A DNA stretch of 64,000 bases from Octopus vulgaris (lineage: Eukaryota): positions 83,762,001 through 83,826,000 of the forward strand of contig OX597821.1 of assembly GCA_951406725.2 (NCBI GenBank), written 5' to 3'. Made by a program: the position numbers and the translations under genes. Below, in pieces: positions 25,980 through 39,229 of the stretch; the first letter of the stretch is position 1; each line of letters begins with the position of its first letter. The notes below the pieces were generated by a model. That model was not told the DNA's origin, did no database searches, and was given only the letters and a program-made list of their open reading frames with translations.

Positions 25980-26600
25980 AGGAAAACATCGAAACAAAGG
26001 TGAGGTCCTCATGTCAAGCACTTTCACAGCTCCACAAAATTCGAAAATAACGATGCTGGATTGGAGTAATAAAATATTGAGGCAGAATTTCGCCATTGAA
26101 GTGGGAAGTCCAATGTGCGCAGCGCGACAAACCGTCCTTCTCACGTTCGTAAAGGGCTCGAGCATGGTTGACTTGTGGGGCTATGTTCAACAGCTGTTAT
26201 CTCGATGTAGGTCGGATCCGGCTTTCGGCTGACTCCTGGGAAGGGCAGGCAGTTTCCTTCTGTCTGGTAGCTACAGCAAAGGAGGTGTGTTGGATGAGAT
26301 TGAAATAACTGAAGACAAGATAATTTCCTCTTGGGCCAAGCCTTTATCGACATTTTAAAATCCCATTTGAAAAGAAAGGTGAGGGTGGAAAGAAATGTGT
26401 AGTCCCCACCCCCAGTAAATTTGTTGAAAGATAGACGAACGTGACGTGGATGGTTCCAGTGAGTGGGCTTGCTTTAAGCTGGTGTCTAAAGGCTGGGGAA
26501 TTGGATGGCTTGGGATCTGTGGGGTTCTTTAGTTTCCACTGGGCGCTGTTACCCCACTGTTGAAGTATTTAAGTGTTATTGTTTTTCTTTTAGATTCTTT
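25980..26600 (+). pseudogene. Tx1/L1-like ORF2 C-terminal fragment
   Basis: DLWGYVQQLLSR..RIRLSA..FCLVATAKEVCW..SHLKRKVRVER, homologous to the 22760 fragment. Confidence 0.65.
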
Positions 26601-26619
26601 ACACATTTTCTATACATGT

Positions 26620-27029
26620 GGCGTAGGAGTGGCTGTGTGGTAAGTAGCTTGCTTACCAACCACATGGTTCTGGGTTCAATCCCACTGCGTGGCACCTTGG
26701 GCAAGTGTCTTCTACTATAGCCTCGGGCAGACCAAAGCCTTGTGAGTGGATTTGGTAGACAGAAACTGAAAGAAGCCCGTTGTATATATATATATATATG
26801 TATATATATGTATGTATGTGTGTGTTTGTGTGTCTGTGTTTGTCCCCCTAGCATTGCTTGACAACCGATGCTGGTGTGTTTACGTCCCCGTTACTTAGCG
26901 GTTCGGCAAAAGAGACCGATTGAATAAGTACTAGGCTTACAAAGAATAAGTCCTGGGGTCGATTTGCTCGACTAAAGGCGGTGCTCCAGCATTGCCACAG
27001 TCAAATGACTGAAACAAGTAAAAGAGTAA
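26620..27029 (+). mobile_element. SINE family A, full length
   Basis: ggcgtaggagtggctgtgtggtaag..ggttcaatccc..ccttgggcaagtgtctt..gaaacaagtaaaagag. Confidence 0.93.
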
Positions 27030-27404
27030 TGTGCTTTGTCTAAAATGTTTTCCTCGACATTTGTGGCCAATAAAAATAAAATTGTTATCACGATTGTTAC
27101 TGTTGCTTTTGTTGTTTTCAAATCTGATAATACTAGACACTAAAAAAAAAAAAAAAAAAAGGATAGTCGTGTATATTTAGGAACAATAGGTCAGCGCGGT
27201 AGTTCAGTGCACATCCTTTTACAATAAGCACTACACGCCACTGATAAAACGTGTGTTTGTGTCCCTCTTCCTGCAACGTGATCACTGTATAACCAAAGCA
27301 TTGTTGCTCTTTTTCGACCAGCCGTCATCCAAGACGGCCATGTTCGTCTCTCCTCCCGCTCGGCCTGTTAAGACTTGCCATTTCTCTTTTGTGTCAGCCT
27401 ACTG

Positions 27405-27690
27405 CGTTCGTCTGATAGTCGAAATATTCTTTTTGTTATTCATTTATGTTGTAATTGTACAATTATTTTCATTTTGTTCTATAGCCGAAAGGTGGTTGAC
27501 CATTCTATATGTATAATTCTTTTTCTGCTGCACTCGAATTCATCACGTTTCGTTCGTCTAATAGACGAAAGACCCTTTCTGTTATTTATTTATTTGTAAA
27601 TGTAAGATTATTTTCGTCTTGATGTATAGCCGAAAGGCGTTCATCTGTTGTATGTGTATCATTCTAGCTTTCGTGTTCTTGTTTTCATTC
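27405..27690 (+). repeat. Diverged ~146-bp tandem duplication with ttcgtct-aat-agacgaa hairpin
   Basis: cgttcgtctgatagtcgaaa..atagccgaaagg is repeated as cgttcgtctaatagacgaaa..atagccgaaagg. Confidence 0.7.
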
Positions 27691-28136
27691 TTGTGTACAT
27701 ACATTCGTTTGCTTTTCCCAGAGGATTAATGCTTTTAGCTTAACGCTCTGGCACTTACTGGATTCGAACGGTCTCAGGGATAAAAAAAAAAGTGCGAAAT
27801 CGCGTGGACTTTCCGGACTCTGACTGATAAGGAAATCTGCTGCGAATGGTCCGTGATTCTCGTTTTTGTCCAGTTTCAGGTTTGTTATGGTATCGTCTAT
27901 TCTTCCGTATGTTGTTTTTAGTCGTGTTCTTTCCGTCCTACTCTTGACATATATTTCACACGCACATACATACTCTCTTATACACACACGCACCTTCGTG
28001 TTGGGGGTCATCTTTACTTTGTTATTTCCCCTACTTCTTCCCACTCGTGTGTGACCCTTCTGTCCGAAGTCAGTCGCCATGATAGATCGTTAGCCACTAC
28101 ACACATTTTTTCCTCTCCTTGTTTTTTTCTGTGTCC

Positions 28137-28171
28137 CTTTCTGTAGAAGAGCGTAGGCTCGAAACGTAAAA
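28137..28171 (+). ncRNA. Minimal hammerhead-like motif (CUGUAGA variant), same family as 1343
   Basis: ttt-CTGTAGA-A-GAGCgtagGCTC-GAAAC-GTA-aaa; element ends in (TA)n at ~28262. Confidence 0.55.
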
Positions 28172-28260
28172 TACTTTTTCTATTCCTGAGCGTTATACAA
28201 ATACATCTGTTTGTTTTGTACACCACCTGTCTTCTTTGGATTTTTTTTCGTAAACTCTCC

Positions 28261-28315
<55 letters not shown>

Positions 28316-28320
28316 CATAC

Positions 28321-28418
<98 letters not shown>

Positions 28419-28421
28419 GCA

Positions 28422-29612
28422 TACAAGGTATTCGGGCTAAATTTGACGATTGCTGTTTTCTTTTCACAAGAAATGCATGATGCATTGGTGAACGGCGTTG
28501 GAGAACATAAATATTAAAGTTGTAGTTGAGTAAAAGTTAATTGAGATGGGGGACTGGAAGCCATTTGAATATTGGAAAAGAGTTCCCGCTATCATGATGA
28601 TTCACGCCGGGTATCAAAATGCCGACATCATGACTGCTGTTCAATACTCTGTGAATACTGCAAAGGCTGTAAGACGTAACATGGGTAGCTGCGACGGAGA
28701 CTACAAAACTGAGGCCAGTAGGAAGGAACACAGCATGAGTTCTGATTTGTGTCCTCACTCTGGACTTCTTCCAGCAATTGCGGGACAAGTTGATGGCAAA
28801 TCTGAGCAAAGGAATCCGGGTTTGGTCGAGAGATGGGTGTTGGAGTCGTAACCATGAAGTTGGCTCTGAATGAAGACCCTTGCTACCACTCGCACAAGAG
28901 GTGAAAGGGACAGATTTTGGCAGCCAAGGCCAAAGAGGACTACTTGACGAAAACAGAAGTTCCCGAACACGCTGAGGCATCATGTTCATCCAGGGATGAT
29001 CTGGTTCTTCTCAGATGAAAAGAAATTACTGCCAGGACCAGTTGCACTACACCCAGAGCACAAACGGCTTGCCTACTGACCACGTGATGTCCCATGTATA
29101 ATGAAAAGCAAGTTCCTCCAAATTGTAATGGCTTTTAGCTGTTTCCAATGAGTGTGACATCATGATTCCTCATATATCTGAACAGGGCCTTAGGCTCAAT
29201 TCAGACGGCTATATAAGCTTACGGGAGGCTGTGGTCAAACCTTCACTAGAGAGCGTTGCTGTTGGAAGGTCATATGTGTGGCAGCAGGATTCGGTGCCTT
29301 GCCATACCCCCGGAAAGAGTCAGAAGTGAATTCCAGAGAAATTCCGCGGCTTCTCTAGCCCCAATTTCTGGCCTCTTAATTCCACCGACTCTAATCCCAT
29401 GGACTACTACTTTGTAGGACGCGGTCGAGAAAGACAACAACTACTCTGCCTGCAACACCAAGGCCGAACTGGCGGCCAAGATCAAGGAGGTGTTCGAAGA
29501 TCTTCCGAGGGACACAGTGAGGAATGTATACTCCGGGTTTTGTAGCTGTGTTGAGGCTATGATGGAAACTGAGGGTGGCTCCTTTGAGTAAACTCTTATC
29601 TACCAGCCATAT
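28422..29612 (+). pseudogene. maT-family (DD37D) Tc1/mariner transposon, near-complete decayed transposase with 5' TIR
   Basis: TA-caaggtattcgggctaaatttgac TIR; WFFSDEK, WQQDSVPCHT and WPLNSTDSNPMDYY, with 37 residues counted between the last two Asp. Confidence 0.85.
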
Positions 29613-29644
29613 TCTATCTGTACAAGTGTGCCACATGTCACATG

Positions 29645-29770
29645 TAGAAATGATCGCAGAGCATCGTGAAATGAAATGTTTTACTGAAGAACACAACGCA
29701 CCGCTCGGGAATCGAATTCACGATATTGTGATCGAAAGTGCAACAACCTAAACACTAGGCCATGCGCCCT
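29645..29770 (-). mobile_element. SINE family D head
   Basis: gagggcgcatggcctagtgtttaggttg..gaattcgattcc..gcgttgtgttctt. Confidence 0.7.
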
Positions 29771-29808
29771 CACACACATACATATATATATATACATGTG
29801 TATGTGTA

Positions 29809-29857
<49 letters not shown>

Positions 29858-30074
29858 TACATACATATGTATGTATATACCAAGAACAATCTATATTTAA
29901 CAGTTCCTTTAAATATAGTTCGAGAGTGCTGTAGTCTTTTACCGTTATTACTAAGAACCAAGAACTTTTTTTAATCAAAGCATACTATTTTGAGGAATAT
30001 ATCTTTAAATGGAACAAAATAAATATTTATTAAAAGAAAATTCAATACTGAATCAAATTGATATATATATACAC

Positions 30075-30106
<32 letters not shown>

Positions 30107-30839
30107 TTAGATGGGCCAGACTGAATATAAATAGACTGCATTAGTTTTTTTTTTTATGACTTATATTTTTATTTATAAACTTCTGACGTCAGTAACATTA
30201 TATTTACATTGCAAAATCTTACTATTTGCAGAAATTATTTGCCTATAAAGATCTAAGCTCGATAAAATAACTACGAGTCAAGTACAGCAGTTGATTTAAT
30301 CAATTTTATCACCCCCGTGATACTAATTTTTACGGTTTTTGTGTCCATGTTAGATCTCATTGGCGTCAACGCACCCTTTCGTCCTCCCTGGGTCGTTGTG
30401 CCGTCTTAAGGCATGGACACACGTGGCACTTGTTCGGGGATGTAGGGATCCAGTGTAAGCTTATATGCTGTAGCGGTGTTTATAAGGGCTCTAGAATGTT
30501 GTCCAGGGGTCAGTAGTGCTGTCGCGGTGACCTTGTGAGGTCGACAAAGTAACCTGCAAGTTGAGGGTGTTCGATTGCTGAAATTGTTAGTGCGTTGGAT
30601 AAAATGCTTTGCTGTATTTGTTCCGGCACTCTTTATAACACTGGCGCCAAGGTTTATCAGTGACGTAGAGAGGATAGCCTTTCTGCATAGGCAACTTCCA
30701 GGCTTCCATAACAAAAAAAAAAAAAAAATTGCGCTTCAGAAAGATAATTTCCAAGTATACTTCTCATAGAAACTTCCGTCAACCCTGATTGACGGAAGCT
30801 TCTATGATAGAAATCATTATTATCAATGTTGCCAGTTGT

Positions 30840-31215
30840 TCACTGTTTTCCGGCCAGTCAGGTAAGACGACGGGTGGTGTATCGACCCCTTTGTAGGGAG
30901 TTTGCAGAGTGAGAGTTAATCCGCGAATCCCGATCCTACTCTCTACTCTTGGATGTCTGATCACAGTGGCTCAGCGGGTTAAGACGGCTGCGCTGACCAG
31001 CAATTGTAGGTTTTACATGAGAGTGGTCTTCTCCCAGGTGAATTGCCTGACAGGTATACAGAGCTCCACGGACACTGGAGTTACCGGAGGGGTGTCAAAG
31101 CGGGCATCGGACCGTCTGAAGGACTCCACTCATTGAATTGCTCTCGAGTTGGATTCCCTTAGCCTTTTACTTTCTCAAGAAACTCACAAAGCAGCGAGGG
31201 TTTCTTTCATGGCAT
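30840..31215 (-). mobile_element. Probable RTE LINE 5' UTR fragment
   Basis: gtggtcttctcccaggtgaattgcctgacagg..gagctcc resembles recalled RTE 5' regions; not verified. Confidence 0.35.
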
Positions 31216-31473
31216 GATAATTAACCCATAACTAGAACCTTGACATGTGCTGCTACCTCGGGTCAGGGCAGACCTGGGAACAATTGTGGCTAATCCCAGA
31301 ACTCCTGAACTACGTTCCCACAAGCGGGTGCAGTTTAAAGTCATAGCCAGGGCATAACAATCTAAATAAATACCAGTCAAATAATAGGAACCATTTAATC
31401 ACTATAACTTCTCTCCCCATCAATTCATGACATTTTATCGATTTTAGATATCAATATATTTATGTAGCTTGAA

Positions 31474-31682
31474 AAGGCGGTGAGCTGGAAGAATCGTTTG
31501 CACTCCGAGTAGAACGCTTCGCAACGTTTCGTCCGTCTTTATGTTCTCAGTTCAAATTGCACCGCGGTCGGCTTTGACTTTTATCCTTTCGGGATCGATG
31601 AAATAAGTACCATTAGGGATCGATGTAATTGACTTATACCCTACCCGAAATTGCTGACCTTGTTTCAAAATTTGAAACCAAT
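31474..31682 (+). mobile_element. SINE family B
   Basis: aaggcggtgagctggaagaatcg..atcctttcgggatcgatgaaataagtacc..aaaatttgaaacca. Confidence 0.8.
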
Positions 31683-31929
31683 ATGTTATGCATCTTTAGT
31701 CAATTAAAGAAGTTGTAGAATTTGTAGAATGTTGGAATTAAATTCATTACAATATTTACACGTTCTAAGTTCAAATCTCACCAGTGCCGACTTTAATGTT
31801 GCCTCACACCAGCTCCATAAAATAAGGAGTTGTGAAAATCTGAGACTAATTGTTGCCTTGAGCCAAAGCAAAAAATTATCATATTTTTTATCATTAATAA
31901 CACTGTTTTTGTCGGTTTTTTTCTCTTTT

Positions 31930-32150
31930 AAGGTCGTGGTTTGGCAGAGTTGTTAGGGTATCAGATAAAATACGCTTCGGTATTCTCTCGGGCTCTTTGC
32001 ATTTCGAGTTCAAATCCTAGGTGGGTCAACTTTACCTTTTATTCTTTCAGGGTCGACAAAATAAGGTACAAGTGAAATCCCGAGAAAGATGTAATCAACT
32101 GATCATCACACCACAGATTTGCCGGCTTTGTGCTTAAATCAGAAATTATT
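31930..32150 (+). mobile_element. SINE family B, old
   Basis: gagttcaaatcc..tttcagggtcgacaaaataagg. Confidence 0.65.
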
Positions 32151-32305
32151 AATAATATTTTTTAAAAAATGAGTTGTATTCTCTCGTCTCTTTTAATCAT
32201 GTCACATTCCTACAAAATAGGACCTGTTACATTCACTTTTCTGGTATTTCTTAATAATGTTTTATATTATAAAACCTTAGATGGTTTCATCGAACGTGTA
32301 TCACT

Positions 32306-32615
32306 GTTGTTGTTGCTTGTTCCTTCTCGAGCCATGCCTGGCTCATAAGGACCGGTTTTCCGGCTTCATTGGCGTATAGGTTCTCCGCCTGGACGGGCCG
32401 CCAGTCCGTCGCAGGTGAGCTGCTAGATACGGGAGAAAAGAGCGAGAGAAAGTTGTGGCGAAAGAGTCAGCAGAAGTTCGCCATTACCCTCTGCCGGAGC
32501 CGCGTGGAGCTTCGGTGTTTCGCTCATAAACACACACATCGCCCGGACTGAGATTCGAACCCGCGATCCCTCGACCGCGTATCCGCTGCTCTAAACACCA
32601 GGCCATGTGCCTCCG
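32306..32615 (-). mobile_element. SINE family C (tRNA-Arg-like head)
   Basis: Reverse complement of the 39230 and 41486 copies. Confidence 0.9.
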
Positions 32616-33384
32616 GTTTTCATGAACGTTTCCGCAATGCAATTGTTTCAGTTTTAACAAATGATCTCAGATCAAATCACTTACTAGGAATAAGTATGAA
32701 TTCTTCTAAGTGTTTTTTTTTTTTTTTTTTTTTACAGTCTTATTCTAAATACAACTGAAGCTTGTATGGTACCACTGCCTTTCCAGAAGCTTCCCTGCCA
32801 AACTATGAATAGAGCCTGCGGCTTCCAAGCGTCGTCTTTGTATGGAATACTGTTTCCACTTTGGGTTAGGGCATCGGGTGATGTTCTTTTTCTCCTGTAT
32901 TGTGTTCAGAAGCGAATTTCCAACAACGTTCGTCCTTCTTCGCTAGTTAAACTTCAGTCCTTTTCCTCGTACCGCCAGGACAATGCAAATTCATTTCTAT
33001 TCTATAAATACATCTAATGTCCGTTGTTCCCTCTTGTATTTCCTCCCGAGGTTACTGACTTAACATTCCACTAATCTTCATTCTTTCACTGTTAATGTCC
33101 TCTTATGTAAGAAGTGTTTCTACTTGAGTTAGTATCTTTCCTCAGGCATCTGCCAGTCAGGACTCGCTCTTTCCTTTTTGTTTTCCTGGTAGATAGAATC
33201 TTAATTCTTTTAAATCTTATGTTGACTATTTTATCGTTTCTCAAGCAGTTTCTCATTAAATTTTTCCGCTTAATTCTCGTTTGTAACTCTGAACAAACGA
33301 AGTGGTCATTTCGAAACTGTCTTATTGCTGGTTTTTTGAATTGGCTTCCAAAACACATATTTTGTCAAATGAAACTAGAGAGAT

Positions 33385-33539
<155 letters not shown>

Positions 33540-33687
33540 AGCTATCTGTCTGTCTGTCTGTTCGTATTATATACATACATACACACACGCTCACTCACAC
33601 ACACATACACACTCGCATAAATACGTGTAAATATCTATACATATATGTGCGCGTATGTACATATATATATGTATGAGTTTACATATG

Positions 33688-33760
<73 letters not shown>

Positions 33761-34974
33761 CAGATACCTTGTTTTGGAAATAGTGAATACTTGTTTGTTT
33801 TTTTTTTACATAAAATGAATTTTTATTAAATTTTATTACAAGACATTATTTTACAGAATCCATAATTCTTATTCACGTAATTCTAGGATTCCTCGAAATT
33901 CGCTTTGAATAAAACATTGCGAATGAGACAGACTAAGAGGTATGAACCCTCTCTGCTAACAGACCCACAAAAGCAAGTTTCAGTTAATGGCTTCAAATAA
34001 GTTTCAACATCTTTTACACACATAACTCTCTCTCTCTCTCTCTCTCTCTCCGCTCTCTAATTCTTTCTCTTCCTCTCTGCCGCTCTCTTTCGATGGACTC
34101 CTGGCCTACATTTTTATGCTGATTTTATTATAATTCACTTGATAAAAACGGAACGTAAACTTAGATGATTTACATCAATGATGTGCTAATATCTTTTTTT
34201 CTCAACCTCGCCTCCACCTTCAGGAATATTTTCAAGTTATGGATAATTCATTTCTCGTACACTTGTTATTTATGGGGGAAGCTTGCTATTGTTGTATTAT
34301 TTATTCATTGTTTTGTTTTGCTTTGTTTTATTTTCCAATCATTCTGCAATAATTTGGAGACCAACGCTATGCGTATGCTGATAATTAAAAGAAAAAGAAG
34401 CAGAAAGGAAAAAAGGAAAAAAAGTTAATGTTTTTTAAGGCTAAATACGGTTTCACAAGTTGTACAGATATTAAGGTTACTGAGTAAGTATGTTAGATAC
34501 AGTTTGAATATGGATGGTTGGGTGGTTAGGTCTTTGTCTGCAAAATTTTGTATAGTTCATAATACAATAATATGCACGCATATTCACACATGCACACACA
34601 CGCACAGACGTACACACACACGCGCACACACACGCACGGGCGCGCGCGCATACTCATACATTCCCTCTTTCTCTCCCTCCTTCCACCTCCCCCTCTCTCT
34701 TTCTCTCACTTACAGACACACAAACGCCCATGTACACAAATACATGAAAGCACACTCACCCACGTGTATGTGTGAATAGATAGAAGTAGAGAAACAGAAA
34801 CGGGTAGAGAGAGAGAGAGGGGGTGGGGGTGAGAAAGAGCTAGGGTGTGAGAGAAGGTGGGGAGGGTGTTAGGAAATGAATTTGAAGAAAACGGCGAGAA
34901 AAATTCACAAGAATACATTAATAGTTTAGCATGCTTGGATGTAAATCGGCTTAGCTGTACATTAATCTATGTGC

Positions 34975-34975
34975 G

Positions 34976-35036
<61 letters not shown>

Positions 35037-35059
35037 TCGTAATAATAATCGTAATAATC

Positions 35060-35111
<52 letters not shown>

Positions 35112-35179
35112 TCGTAATAATCATAATAATAATAATAATAATAATCGTAATAATAATAATAATAATAATCATAATCATC

Positions 35180-35213
<34 letters not shown>

Positions 35214-35275
35214 TCGTAATAATCATAATAATAATAATAATAATAATCGTAATAATAATCGTAATAATCATAATC

Positions 35276-35312
<37 letters not shown>

Positions 35313-35377
35313 TCGTAATAATTATAATAATAATAATAATAATAATAATCGTAATAATAATAATAATAATCATAATC

Positions 35378-35411
<34 letters not shown>

Positions 35412-35434
35412 TCGTAATAATAATCGTAATAATC

Positions 35435-35468
<34 letters not shown>

Positions 35469-35640
35469 TCGTAATAATCATAATAATAATAATAATAATA
35501 ATCGTAATAATAATAATAATCATAATCATAATAATAATAATAATAATAATAATAGTAATAATAATAATGATAATAATAATAACAATACCAATAATGATAA
35601 TGATGACGATGATGATGGTGATGATAATGATGACGATATC
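34975..35640. repeat. (AAT)n array with recurring AAC-AAT-CGT-AAT-AAT-CAT variant units
   Basis: Direct reading. Confidence 0.95.
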
Positions 35641-35834
35641 TATGGTTTATCTTGTTGCTATGACATCACTGGAAATCCTTCTGGCCCCTTTTTAATTAGG
35701 CAGCCTTAAAATTAGTGACCTTTTCAACTCATCCAATTAAGGGACATTATTATATTGTGTCAATAATATTTATTTCTGTCGATCTTAATTCTCGACACCC
35801 ACGTCCTACATCTGATTGGGCCGCCGCCGCCGCC

Positions 35835-36200
35835 GACGACGATGATGATGCTGACAATGTTGACGATGATGATGACTGTGATGGTGGCTGTGACGGTGAT
35901 GGTGGTGCTAGTGGTTGTAATGGTGATGATGATGATGATGACGATGATGATGATGTTGATAGTGGTGATCATGATAATGATGATGATGATGATGATGACG
36001 ATGACGATGATGACGATGATGATGATGACGATTATGATGATGATGATGATGATGATGACGACGATGACGATGATGATGATGATGATGATGACGACGACGA
36101 TGATGATGATGATGATGACGACGATGATGATGATGATGATGATGATGATGGTAGTGGTGGTAGTGTTGATGTTGCTGTAAATGATGATGACAATGATGAT
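35835..36200. repeat. (GAT/GAC)n array
   Basis: Direct reading. Confidence 0.95.
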
Positions 36201-36964
36201 AGTGGTGTTGGTGGTGGTGATATTGATGGAGGTTGGGATGGGTGGTAGCGGCGGCTATGGAGGGTAGCGATGGGTGCCCCGAGATGGTGGGGGGAGGGAG
36301 GAGAGATGTGGGGTGGGTAATATAGCCGTTTGTGCTTTGTGAGGAAGATGTTTATTTGAAGGGATAGATGGATGGATGGTGGTGGTGATGGTGGTGGTAT
36401 TGGTGGTGGTATTGGTGGTGGTGGTGGTGGTGGTGGTTATGCTAATTGTGTTCAAGGAGACGAAGTAAGGTCTAGGGTGCTGCTGCTGCTGCTAGTGGTG
36501 GTATTGCTGTTTAGCCCTTGGTCAACCCTGAGCTAGCAAAACTATGATTATAGGATCTTCAACCATGACCTTCCTGTCTTTCGCATGTCGTATCTAGGAT
36601 TGCATTGTGCGATTTGAGGAAGAGTTGGTTGTTATTTTTCGGAAATCGATCGACCACATAGTGTGTCTGTCATTGGCTCGGCGATGGGATAATGTTGTTT
36701 GTGTTGTTGTTGTTGGTAGTATTCGTGACGGGAAATATTCTTGTTTGTGCTACTGTTGTGGTGGTTGTAATAGTAGTAGTGGTAGTGGTGGTGATGATGG
36801 TGGTGGTGGTGGTGGTGGTAGTAGTAGTGGTGATAGTGGTGGTCGTGGTGGTTGTGTTGTTGTTAGTGGTAGTAGTGATAGTAGTAGTAGTGGTGGCGAG
36901 TTGGTGTTGTTGTTTTTAGTAGTAGTAATAGTAGTAGCAGCAGCAGCAGCAGCAGTAGTAGAAA

Positions 36965-37017
<53 letters not shown>

Positions 37018-37423
37018 AAAGCAGTGGTAGTAGCTGCAGTAGTGGTGGTGGTGGGGGGCGATATTGGTGGCGTATTTACTTGGCGTTTAGCCCCAGGTTA
37101 GCCCTCGTCGAGCAAACCCACGACTAAAGGCGCTCAGCTTATAACCAACCCATCTTTGTATATACATATCAGGAACTTCATATGATTCCAGTATTCTTTA
37201 AGAAGGTAGATAGAAGTTTTCTGAAGAGAATTTGGCTGCTTATAGCTAGCAGGTCGAGCAATCGCGTAAAGGTTCCATTGTGTTTTTTTTTGTTTTTCTG
37301 TTTTTTTTTTTGGTGTTATTATTGTTGTTTGATTTGACCCTGGGCCGACTCTTGCCAAGATGCCGCGCAGTGGAATTGAAACCGAACCGTAACTACGTAG
37401 TTAACCACAGACCCATGCTTACA

Positions 37424-37506
<83 letters not shown>

Positions 37507-37507
37507 T

Positions 37508-38453
37508 GATAAAACGGTAAGATAACAAAAGAAAGAAAGAGACCTCAATATTATGTAAATAGAGGAAATTTATCTATACAATATGTTACATTACTCGGCA
37601 GTCAAGATAAAACTCTGAGTTTCAGATGCCGAAGTGGAAATCCACAACACCATCTCTTCGGTTATCTGGCTATTTGAAAACGTTATGAAAAAATACCGTT
37701 AAATAAAGGGAAATTACTCTGTTATAACTCTGCTTGCCTGCGTACTTATACATCGCTCGCATTTTTCGTCATAAAAATTATATAAAAATACATAAAAAAT
37801 ATATAAAAAATATATAAAAAATATATAAATTCTTCTTGGGACATAACATAGAAAGCACGTTCTATCTGTTTTCTTTAGGGGACCAAAAACGTAACAGAAA
37901 CTTAGTCACATGTGGGCATGATCCGAAAAGCTCTGTCCTTGTATTTAGACATGTAGTAGGGTCTAAGCTGCTTTTCCAGATAAGCCATCTCTCCATGTCG
38001 CATAGACCGCACCTTCCGCTGCCGTTAGTATAGGGCTTACATCTGGCCAAAATCTTCCATTGTATGTTATAATCGACACCTTTATCTCTTAAAGACCAAA
38101 TATGATTAGACAATTGTGTCGCTTTTCTTTTGTTCCAGTGCCTAAAGCTCAAAGTGTGGTTATTGAACCTGGCCTTGAAATTACCCTCTGTAAGGCCCAC
38201 GTATTTCTTCGTCGAAACGGTGTCTTTAGTGGTTATAGAGTTTACGGTAGCTTCATATATGATGGTCTTGGACATGCAAGCTCCATTTAGCGGGCACAAT
38301 TCTTTATTCCTGCATGAACAGCTGTTTTCTTCTTGTGTTTTTTGTATGTTATGTTTGATTATGTTTTTAAAATTGGTAGTTGAACTAAAACTAATTTTTA
38401 AATTGTGTCTATTGAAGAGTTTCCTATAAGTATGGTTAACTGGAAAATGTCTA
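37508..38453 (-). mobile_element. 5'-truncated Naiad-type Penelope-like element: open GIY-YIG endonuclease frame (~38452-37862) plus 3' pLTR, flanked by (TA)n
   Basis: HFPVNHTYRKLFNRHNLKISFS..CSCRNKELCPLNGACMSKTIIYEA..YVGLTEGNFKARFNNH..LSNHIW..CGLCDMER..LNTRTELFGSCPH. Confidence 0.9.
37605..37667 (-). ncRNA. Hammerhead-like motif downstream of the GIY-YIG ORF (CCGAAGA variant)
   Basis: AGATAA-CCGAAGA-GATG..CATC-T-GAAAC tcaga GTT-TTATCT with a 6-bp stem I. Confidence 0.55.
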
Positions 38454-39229
38454 TATATATGTATATATATTTCCTTTTCGTTGATATGTATTTATTTATA
38501 CTTGTATGCATGCATATGTCTGCATGTCCTTCTGTCAGTATGTCTGTATATATGTATGTCAGGTCATTCTTTGTGCTCCTAGTAACATGTAACCCGGCAC
38601 AAACCCGTTGCATAGTCGGGCTGTGACTAAACCGTCAACCCTATCAAAGCTTGTTTTCGATGGATACACTGCAGAATGCTAAGCAAAACCTCATTAGAGT
38701 CAACGGCCATCCAACAGCTGGGAGTGAGTCGCTTTTAATCTTTGCTTAGGTATCTCCGTATGAGAAAGAAATTCCGAAATAATACCCTCCTCATTGCGAA
38801 GCCGGAGACATTGTTCTTGTTTGTTTCCGAACTATTTGGCTCTGTTGCTGGACTCTTAGAGGTGTTGTGCAAACTGCTATTGACTGAAAATTTCAGCACG
38901 AGCATTGTGGACAAGCCATTGTCTTAACATGTGAGATAACATTGATTGTCAGTGAAGGTCATAGTCGCCTACAAGTTGACAGCCACGATGTTTGTACAGA
39001 TACGCAAGGAAGCTGCTTTGATTTTGTACCGGAGAAGCTGTCATAGAGGAGACAGCGTAAATGAAATCGGTGCATAATCAATCCGTTATATAATGAAATG
39101 AATCACATCACGACCCAAAGACCTCCGCCTAAAAATTTTCGATTTCTTTTACGATATTAATATAGCAATTTACTAATTGTAATTTGCTATCTTAAAAAAT
39201 ATACCACAATATATATATTTTTTAATTAT

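Noticed and set aside
25660-26232. 190-aa ORF and the recurring RGYSRRHLPK..GTMWLVSKLLTTQ peptides
   Set aside because: Antisense reading of SINE family A, here running into a LINE fragment
30773-30798. 10-bp perfect hairpin cttccgtcaa/ttgacggaag as a terminator
   Set aside because: Isolated, eukaryotic context, no supporting structure
32760-33370. Possible LINE RT remnant on the minus strand
   Set aside because: Only a faint LAGKLLER-like similarity; too decayed to call
34951-36248. Long poly-Asn/Ile/Asp ORFs (up to 246 aa)
   Set aside because: Microsatellite translation artefacts
38560-39100. Unique-looking segment with short ORFs on both strands
   Set aside because: No recognisable motif or convincing splice-site pair
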